64,000 bases of DNA, from the IMG/VR virus record IMGVR_UViG_3300033153_013547, positions 186,001 to 250,000 of that record, one strand, 5' to 3'. The notes under the pieces were generated by a model that was not told the DNA's origin, did not search any database, and saw nothing but the letters and a program-made list of their open reading frames with translations. Both the position numbers and the translations under genes were made by a program. Of the stretch, positions 57,385-64,000 are shown one piece after another. Position 1 is the first letter of the stretch. Each line of letters begins with the position of its first letter.

Positions 57385-58082
57385 TATGCATCTCCTGCAA
57401 CATCAAGACCACCAAATGTTTTCATGTCTGGCAGACTAATAGAAGGTTTTATGTCTTGATTACCTTGACTTGAGAATTGTTTATGCTCTTCTCTGCTACT
57501 AAATAAATCTAGATAGGTAGCATGGGCTATCATTATGGCTGCTGCAATAACTCCACCAACATCCTCCCTACCAAGAATTTTAGATCCCAACATAACACCT
57601 GTTAAGATCTCTTGTCTGTTATCATTTATTCCAAGCCGTTGATCCCTAGTAAATACTGGTAGCAAATGGAAGAGCATCTTAGACACAAAATCTACCCACA
57701 TATCAGTTACATCATAATATTTGTGCTTGCAAGACCCCAATATGAAATTGATAAATATTGCCGTCGTTACTACAGATTCTATGAGCAATGGATGCTCAAG
57801 ATCACCTAAATCAACGTCACTCAAAACTAATTGCATATCCAATGTTTCATTTAATTTACCACCATCAAAATCAAGCCTACGCAATTCGTTTGTTCCTGCT
57901 GATATGAATTCTTTACTGATACTATCTGCGGATTTGGTTATCATTTTGACAGCTTCTGCAGGAGTTAGTGTAACGACCTCAGCACCAGATTTCTCCTCTA
58001 GCTCAGATTCAATCTCACTCAAATCTTTTGCGTTTTTCATCCTAGACAATTTTCCACCCATAAGATCATTCAAAATTGACAT
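57384..58082 (-). CDS. hypothetical protein
   Basis: 232-aa coupled ORF. Confidence 0.6.
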   Translation of the reverse strand: MSILNDLMGGKLSRMKNAKDLSEIESELEEKSGAEVVTLTPAEAVKMITKSADSISKEFISAGTNELRRLDFDGGKLNETLDMQLVLSDVDLGDLEHPLLIESVVTTAIFINFILGSCKHKYYDVTDMWVDFVSKMLFHLLPVFTRDQRLGINDNRQEILTGVMLGSKILGREDVGGVIAAAIMIAHATYLDLFSSREEHKQFSSQGNQDIKPSISLPDMKTFGGLDVAGDA

Positions 58083-58519
58083 TATTTGTCTCCCTCAACA
58101 TCTATTGGAACTAGATCTACGGTAATACTCTTGACAGTATCATACTGTAGATTATTTATTATGTTTCTGCCTTCTATCAATTTGGCAGAAACCACAAAAC
58201 ACATGTTGTTAGACTCAATCTCCAACGATACATCATATAGTTTCTTACCATCTTCTACAATATAATCGTTGGCATCAACAACAATTACAGCATATATTGC
58301 TTGATCACAACAGAGCACTGGGTATATGCTGTTTCTAGTTATTCCTAATTCATGTAATATTTGATGATAAGCCTGTCCTAGCTGTATAAATGCTTCTGCA
58401 TTACCATGATCCATATCTGGATGAACTTCTTTAGCAAGCTTTTTATATGCTCTATCAAGAGACTGCTTGGACAATTTCTCCATCTTTTGCTTCAACAGAG
58501 CGTGATAATTCTGCTTCAT
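58082..58519 (-). CDS. DnaJ J-domain protein
   Basis: AYKKLAKEVHPDMDHGNAEAFIQLGQAYHQIL (HPD motif). Confidence 0.85.
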   Translation of the reverse strand: MKQNYHALLKQKMEKLSKQSLDRAYKKLAKEVHPDMDHGNAEAFIQLGQAYHQILHELGITRNSIYPVLCCDQAIYAVIVVDANDYIVEDGKKLYDVSLEIESNNMCFVVSAKLIEGRNIINNLQYDTVKSITVDLVPIDVEGDK

Positions 58520-59174
58520 GTTCTAATACCAACTCAATTACTGTAGAAAGTGCATCTACCATACGAGATCTAACCTGTATAGCTTTATTAGTATTTTGGC
58601 TCAACATTCTATGGTAAAAAGCTGGATGATACATGGGCACAAACTTACAACTAACTCCATTCCTAGTAACATCATATGTTCCACCACAACATTTACTAAT
58701 TGGGATATGAATATCAAACAACTTTAGCACTGCAGCTCCACATCCCAACACAACAGAAGGACGAACATGATTCCACATATGATCAAATACTGGAATACAA
58801 GCAGCATATTCATCATCAGAAGGTGTTCTGTTACGTTGTGTTCCTTCAAACACAAACTGGCATCTGGCCATATTAGTAAATAATCCTCTTCTTAGAGGTG
58901 TATCATCAGAATCTGTGTCCTTTTGCCAATTAGTCTGGGCTTCTTTCATTATACCTCTTAGAACCTTACCAGCTGCTCCTACAAATGGTCTGCCCTGTTT
59001 GATTTCGTCTCTGCCAGGATTCATGCCAATTATTACATAGCTAGGATCTGCTGCCCCTTCATCAAAAACAGGTCTTAGCCCATTGACTGGATCATTGTAA
59101 CGTATAGCTCCTGGGCATTTCTGACAATCAAAAAAATCTTTGTAAAACAACACATTGTTAGGTTTGTATATCAT
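58455..59174 (-). CDS. uracil-DNA glycosylase, family 4-like
   Basis: CQKC...PVFDEG...IGMNPG..E...GRPFVGAAGKVL, TNMARC, NRTP, YHPA. Confidence 0.88.
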   Translation of the reverse strand: MIYKPNNVLFYKDFFDCQKCPGAIRYNDPVNGLRPVFDEGAADPSYVIIGMNPGRDEIKQGRPFVGAAGKVLRGIMKEAQTNWQKDTDSDDTPLRRGLFTNMARCQFVFEGTQRNRTPSDDEYAACIPVFDHMWNHVRPSVVLGCGAAVLKLFDIHIPISKCCGGTYDVTRNGVSCKFVPMYHPAFYHRMLSQNTNKAIQVRSRMVDALSTVIELVLEHEAELSRSVEAKDGEIVQAVS

Positions 59175-59571
59175 CTACATCACCCTGTTCTTTCAATACA
59201 CTTTGTGGATCTTGCTCCATCATTTCTGTGAGTTCTTGAGCTATTTTTTCATGCATTTCATTGGCTTCTTTATCACTACCATGATTGATATGATCTATAT
59301 GCCATGGGCTGGAAAAGCAAGATATCTGCCTGCTAATATCAGCATCCCAATATGGATCATCCCAATGTGCATGAAAAACCATAGTTTCATAATAACGATC
59401 AAGTCCTATTTCCTCAAATTCCTTACCTTCTGACATTTGCATTGCTCCAACACTCGAAACCACTATACGAATGTCACCACACTCCAAAAGTGTATTACGT
59501 CTGAAATTACAATGATGAGCAGCACCAAAATGTGCAGTCCAACCGCGCTCTGTTCTGGTTACTCTATTCAT
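59158..59571 (-). CDS. conserved phage hypothetical protein
   Basis: RTERGWTAHF...CNFRRNTLLE...YYETMVF motif. Confidence 0.65.
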   Translation of the reverse strand: MNRVTRTERGWTAHFGAAHHCNFRRNTLLECGDIRIVVSSVGAMQMSEGKEFEEIGLDRYYETMVFHAHWDDPYWDADISRQISCFSSPWHIDHINHGSDKEANEMHEKIAQELTEMMEQDPQSVLKEQGDVDDIQT

Positions 59572-59990
59572 TTTCTCTCTCCGACTAACCCGGGATTATC
59601 ATGAATATTGCCCAATTTCTTATATTTTCCTTTCTTCTGCACCATAAGTGCCAATTCATTATAACCTGAATCCAGATCTGGTGTTAGATCAAATGCTGGG
59701 TAGTTCCTATCATCACAATATGTAACCACACGCACATCAGTAGGATCATCAGGATTGGGAAGATAAACATCTCCCTCAAATATTTTTTCTTCATTATAGT
59801 CTAACAATCCAGTATATTGCCCAACTGTATCAGGATCTACTACAACATATCTAAATCCATTAGTTATACAACATTCTTTGCTGCTAATCCACATAATCCA
59901 GCCATAAACCCACTTGCCATATGTATGTGACAACATACTTGATGTATCTATACTTTTAGCACGAAACCAAATCTCTCTCATTTTAATCAC
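59568..59990 (-). CDS. YopX-family protein
   Basis: MREIWFRAK...VGQYTGLLD...IFEGD...GNIHDNP. Confidence 0.85.
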   Translation of the reverse strand: MIKMREIWFRAKSIDTSSMLSHTYGKWVYGWIMWISSKECCITNGFRYVVVDPDTVGQYTGLLDYNEEKIFEGDVYLPNPDDPTDVRVVTYCDDRNYPAFDLTPDLDSGYNELALMVQKKGKYKKLGNIHDNPGLVGERK

Positions 59991-59992
59991 CT

Positions 59993-61177
59993 CTATAATC
60001 CAGCAGCAAATCCTGTTTTCTCATGATCAACAGGATCACCACGTAATCCCACGCTCAGTTCAATAGCTCTTGTAATCACTTCATCTACTAAACCAAGTTC
60101 TTTCAACTTTATAGCTAGCCTACCCTCACCCTGTTCCTTAACTTCTGTTCCATCAAGAGATTTATAATTATACCATGAACCAGATCTTGTAATTAGTCCC
60201 TCTATCTTCCCTGCCTGGATTACTCCATGCAAATTGTCAAATCCTGGTTCATGAAAACCATAAAATTGACTCTTACTATCAGCTATATTGACTTGTTTCA
60301 CCCAAAATCTTGTGGCCACAGGTTCATTACCAAATGGAGAACCATATTTATTCTTCATTACACGAACATTGATTTCATAGGCATATGCCTCTTTGATCTT
60401 GTTCTTGTCAATATCATTAGCAGTTATACATGGCTTGGTATATTTATAGAGATCTATTCTCTGCTGAGCATAATATGGCAAAGCCCTTCCTCCACCACCA
60501 ATCTTAGTCTTAGCCCCAGGCATTGTAGCCATTGTTGCTCTATACTGATTGGTGATCAAAAGAGTGCATTCATTAGGTGAAAGTAACCTAGGAATCCTCC
60601 TAAAAAAAACAGAATTTAGCTTAGGTTTGGTGTCCCTGATTCGAGCATCTATATTCATCTGCCCATCACTCTTACCTCTGATTTTGTCAATAGTATCTGC
60701 TGTTTGCATAGTATCCATAGAATCTATGATCACTAACCCAAACAAACCAGTAGCTACTGCTTCATTTATGAAATTGTAGATCTCCTCAGCACTTTCAATG
60801 CTAGACATATTATCTACAACAAAGAGCTTATTACTCTTAGTATCACCCTCATAGTTGCCACCTAGTGCATTATACCATGAAGGATCTAAGGATTGTTCTA
60901 GATCAAAAAACAACACTGATCTATCATAATTCTTGATCATGCTTATAGCTGATACAATACACAAGGCTGTTTTGCCACTATGTTCATCACCCAGTATTTC
61001 AACTGTCTTACCAACACCCCATCCTCCATGCAACATATAATCCACTGCAGAAGAACCTGTGGCATAAAACTTCTTTTCCATAACCTTATCTGTTTTGAGA
61101 GGAATGTTGAACTTGGCTCTCAGATCATTGAGAATTTGGGAGGCAGGAGTGACTTTACTAACTTCTTTCTTACTCAT
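59993..61177 (-). CDS. recA: RecA/UvsX recombinase
   Basis: ATGS..VDYML.GG, GDEHSGKT, FFDLEQ, IIDS, TNQYR, GGRALPYYA, KNK, SGSWY, QGE. Confidence 0.92.
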   Translation of the reverse strand: MSKKEVSKVTPASQILNDLRAKFNIPLKTDKVMEKKFYATGSSAVDYMLHGGWGVGKTVEILGDEHSGKTALCIVSAISMIKNYDRSVLFFDLEQSLDPSWYNALGGNYEGDTKSNKLFVVDNMSSIESAEEIYNFINEAVATGLFGLVIIDSMDTMQTADTIDKIRGKSDGQMNIDARIRDTKPKLNSVFFRRIPRLLSPNECTLLITNQYRATMATMPGAKTKIGGGGRALPYYAQQRIDLYKYTKPCITANDIDKNKIKEAYAYEINVRVMKNKYGSPFGNEPVATRFWVKQVNIADSKSQFYGFHEPGFDNLHGVIQAGKIEGLITRSGSWYNYKSLDGTEVKEQGEGRLAIKLKELGLVDEVITRAIELSVGLRGDPVDHEKTGFAAGL

Positions 61178-61226
61178 AAATACATAACTTCCTATATCCT
61201 AATTCCTTGTTCATCAGTCCAGCCTT

Positions 61227-61634
61227 CTAAATATCTATACCATCAGTGCTTGGTACAGCAGTAGTACTTGCTTCTTCTCTGTTATCAACCTTGGGAATGA
61301 TTTTGATGTTATACGGAGTAATCTGAGACCTAACATCAGCATCTTCCCCAGCAGGCTTCCAGTAGTCAAAGACACCAGAAACTACCAACTGATCCCACTT
61401 CTTGGCTGTTTTGTAGTAATTGATCTGCCCTTCACTATACACTAACTGACTTATGTTATAGGTCTGACTGATCCATTCTACTGACCCATCTGTTCCCTTG
61501 AGTCTTTTACTATCTTTTACAAAGAAACTTACACTCCATGCCTTTCTGCTACTACCATCTCTACCTACAATTTCTTTTTCTGTAATAGTAGGCAAGCACA
61601 ACAGAGTTACAACACCAGTTACATACAAACTCAT
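61227..61634 (-). CDS. single-stranded DNA-binding protein-like (OB fold)
   Basis: Beta-rich, AKKWDQLVVSG pattern, acidic tail; adjacent to recA. Confidence 0.5.
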   Translation of the reverse strand: MSLYVTGVVTLLCLPTITEKEIVGRDGSSRKAWSVSFFVKDSKRLKGTDGSVEWISQTYNISQLVYSEGQINYYKTAKKWDQLVVSGVFDYWKPAGEDADVRSQITPYNIKIIPKVDNREEASTTAVPSTDGIDI

Positions 61635-61650
61635 ACGTTTTCTCCTTTAA

Positions 61651-61878
61651 CTAATCCTTGATTTTTTTCTGTCTCTTTAGATCCCTTACTTGATCTAATC
61701 CACACTCTCCACAAGTTTTGATTGTACAATCCTCAAATTTCCACACAATGTGAGGTACAGTAAACATCCTTTTTGCATCTTCACCACATTTAGGACATGT
61801 TGTTATACCAGGTGCTTCACCAAGTCTAAATGATATTTCTTGCTCTCCACACTTTTCACACCAATATGAATAGATCAT
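61651..61878 (-). CDS. FmdB-like zinc-ribbon protein
   Basis: YSYWCEKCG...CPKCG...KRMFTVP. Confidence 0.75.
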   Translation of the reverse strand: MIYSYWCEKCGEQEISFRLGEAPGITTCPKCGEDAKRMFTVPHIVWKFEDCTIKTCGECGLDQVRDLKRQKKIKD

Positions 61879-62189
61879 ATATTTTCCTCTCCCTCAACAA
61901 CGATACTATCTATCGTTGAGAATGCATTATAAACCTTTTCTGCTGCAGATTGTATCTTGGCATTATCAATAACAGACATATCTTCTATTACTAGCAACAA
62001 ATCATAAGAAGTAAGCATAAGAGACTTTAGGAACTCTATGGCTGTGTGATTATCATTACACATACACCCAAACCCTGTTAGCAGCTTTCTAACAGTATCA
62101 CCAAATAATACTGGATCCTCACATTCATCAAAAATTTGGATCAGTGTAGCCATAAACACTCTTGATATTTCTGTAAGGTCATTAGACAT
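61875..62189 (-). CDS. hypothetical protein
   Basis: Coupled ORF. Confidence 0.55.
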   Translation of the reverse strand: MSNDLTEISRVFMATLIQIFDECEDPVLFGDTVRKLLTGFGCMCNDNHTAIEFLKSLMLTSYDLLLVIEDMSVIDNAKIQSAAEKVYNAFSTIDSIVVEGEENI

Positions 62190-62979
62190 AAGGACTCCAT
62201 GGTCTGCCTGATCTTTCCTCCATGATTATAGACAGATCTCTCATAACTTTAGTAAAAGTACTTGGATCCTTCTTAGAATCCAATTTGCTAAGATCATATT
62301 CATAGTCAATATTGTGTTCCTTCAACCACGCTGTAATTGCTTCCCAATCTGTTTTACCATCAGCTTTAGCAGCAATTCCAGCATTACGCCATGCTTGTGT
62401 AAACCTTACAAGATCTATAGTATTAACTTTACAGGTATCGTCTCCCTCCATGATATCTTTTAGCACGCTTCCTTTATACATTTGTAGTCCAATACCAAAA
62501 AGCGTAGCAGCCTTTTTCATAGCATCACTCACAGCACCTTTAATAGCAGTATCTACACCACCTGCTGTTACGGTGCAAGTGCCAGTATGAGACCTCTTCC
62601 CAACGCCTTCTATACCAATAGACACACATGCATTAACATATGGTTCTATTATTATATTAAGCTCCTGAACCACATAATACTGGTTCTTTATAGACACAAG
62701 TCTTTTTGCCCTAGGATCATCCGAGTCGCGCAATTTAACATATTCTTCCTTGCTAATTTTCGTTTTATCAAAAGACTTCAACATACAACCATCATGTAAT
62801 TCTACATTTTCTACGGTAAGATCCCATGGTATTCTCGCCTTATTTAGTATATCGATCACAACAGGTGGACGAATGTATTCATGACCACCATAATCTTTAT
62901 CTATATGTTTTTGATCTATAGAACCATAGAAAACAGAGTATGCCTTCTGTACTGTAGACACTGATTTTTCATTAACCAT
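62182..62979 (-). CDS. Rad52/Rad22 (Sak-like) single-strand annealing protein
   Basis: EYI...VIDILN...W...KGAVSDAMKKAATLFGIGLQMY. Confidence 0.85.
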   Translation of the reverse strand: MVNEKSVSTVQKAYSVFYGSIDQKHIDKDYGGHEYIRPPVVIDILNKARIPWDLTVENVELHDGCMLKSFDKTKISKEEYVKLRDSDDPRAKRLVSIKNQYYVVQELNIIIEPYVNACVSIGIEGVGKRSHTGTCTVTAGGVDTAIKGAVSDAMKKAATLFGIGLQMYKGSVLKDIMEGDDTCKVNTIDLVRFTQAWRNAGIAAKADGKTDWEAITAWLKEHNIDYEYDLSKLDSKKDPSTFTKVMRDLSIIMEERSGRPWSPYV

Positions 62980-63221
62980 TACAGACCTCCTGGTCCTTTT
63001 TTACCTAGTGGACATATGGGTCGTATCCACTGAATTTCTCCACCAGAGCAATAATCCAGAGCATATTGTTTAGCCTGTTCCACACTTTTAGCACTAACCA
63101 ACACCGTTGCTACCCCAGAATCACACAAAAAAGATTTTTCCAATAATAATACTCTTACTTCAAATGATCTCAACTTAGTACTTAAATATCCAACTCTGAT
63201 GATATGATGTTTATCTAACAT
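62979..63221 (-). CDS. DpnD/PcfM-like small protein
   Basis: FEVRV...VLVSAKSVEQAKQYA. Confidence 0.5.
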   Translation of the reverse strand: MLDKHHIIRVGYLSTKLRSFEVRVLLLEKSFLCDSGVATVLVSAKSVEQAKQYALDYCSGGEIQWIRPICPLGKKGPGGL

Positions 63222-63606
63222 ATGCTATCACATCTTTCTCCAGAACAATAACAATATCATCAGATACTTTAGTAGGCCTTGAATCATTTTCAAATGCTAT
63301 TAAATTTAGTAGATCAAGATGATACCTGCTACCTTGTCTAGCCTTTTGGTACATTTCCACAGCACCATCAATATCATCATTCAATATTTTGTTGAGCCAT
63401 CTATTTGGTCCTTTTATGATAACTTTTTGCCCTACAGTCACACTATTGATATCATTAGCTACAGCCAAAACAATACCACTTAAACTAGACACTTTGGTTG
63501 CCCCATAATCAGGTATTACTATTCCTGAATCCAAGACGTTGTCTATTGCTTTCATTCGTATCATCACAGCTTTGGAAGGAAGATTGATCTTTGAGTAATC
63601 CATCAT
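63211..63606 (-). CDS. GroES-like co-chaperonin with insertion (copy 4)
   Basis: AVMIRM...DSGIVIPD...GIVLAVA...VTVGQKVII...IVIVLEKDVIAYV. Confidence 0.75.
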   Translation of the reverse strand: MMDYSKINLPSKAVMIRMKAIDNVLDSGIVIPDYGATKVSSLSGIVLAVANDINSVTVGQKVIIKGPNRWLNKILNDDIDGAVEMYQKARQGSRYHLDLLNLIAFENDSRPTKVSDDIVIVLEKDVIAYVR

Positions 63607-63611
63607 GTCTC

Positions 63612-63839
63612 CTACAAATCAATTTCTGGAAACCTTAATTCAGTTTTAGAAGAAGATTGCCTAACCAAATAATATCCACCCACAATCTTCCCATTAGCCT
63701 TCCTTGCTTTCTGTACTGCTTCAGCCGGAGCAAGAGCCACTACTCTAGTAGTAAATCTAATTTCATTATTACAATCAAACGCCTTTACGAAATACATTCT
63801 ATCATTACGTTTTCCTCCACAACCTTTGCAGCCCATCAT
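63612..63839 (-). CDS. small protein with N-terminal CxxC and a VxAxxxxEA motif
   Basis: MGCKGCG...RVVALAPAEAVQKA. Confidence 0.5.
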   Translation of the reverse strand: MMGCKGCGGKRNDRMYFVKAFDCNNEIRFTTRVVALAPAEAVQKARKANGKIVGGYYLVRQSSSKTELRFPEIDL

Positions 63840-63881
63840 TCGTTATACCGCCACGTATTATAACCAATGCTATCATAAAAC

Positions 63882-64000
63882 TTACCATTGAATAATGTTT
63901 CCAATATTTCTGCCATCTCTGCGGAAATATCGGACCAATTATCTAAATCATCCCATATAGTTCCCCGAGGATCAATTGTGGTTTTATAATAGTCTCCGCT
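63882..64000 (-). CDS. 3' end of a gene truncated by the window edge
   Basis: Open frame SGDYYKTTIDPRG...NIIQW* ending at TAA 63882-63884. Confidence 0.45.

Noticed and set aside
148-63863. Many 60-170 aa ORFs antisense to or nested in longer genes (e.g. 148-444, 19730-19960, 39212-39724, 57721-58125)
   Set aside because: Shadow ORFs overlapping well-supported genes, with no RBS or recognisable motifs.
1-64000. Genome-wide stop-codon reassignment (TGA or TAG)
   Set aside because: ORFs of 900-1835 aa are uninterrupted in code 11, TGA is used in many ATGA overlaps and TAG ends well-formed genes; only isolated interruptions were seen.

Overview
AT-rich (about one third GC by eye), gene-dense 64 kb segment of a large dsDNA tailed-phage genome, read in standard code 11. 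The + strand (1-17.5 kb) holds a cluster of large, probably virion/baseplate proteins (three giant paralogues), then RuvC, a sigma-factor-like protein and GroES. The rest is on the - strand: a lysis block (patatin phospholipase, holin-like protein, PG-binding+CHAP endolysin and several micro-peptides absent from the ORF track), a 1564-aa tail fibre, an HslV/proteasome-like protease, an accessory island (membrane HNH, DUF262-HNH, four DNA methyltransferases, two putative restriction endonucleases), many small early-type genes, and a replication/recombination module (HU, dNMP kinase, AAA ATPase, primase, DnaE, J-domain protein, family-4 UDG, RecA, SSB-like, Rad52-like). The most striking element is a DNA polymerase III alpha encoded in three pieces. 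One break is bridged by a split intein with an unrelated ORF between the halves. The other break has no intein and carries a degenerate duplication of the palm-proximal segment. Also notable: four GroES-like paralogues, direct-repeat scars of gene-cassette accretion, a putative anti-Shine-Dalgarno small RNA, and patchy CpG depletion. I saw no tRNA, rRNA, CRISPR array, integrase or reverse transcriptase. All family calls come from recognising motifs by eye, not from database searches.
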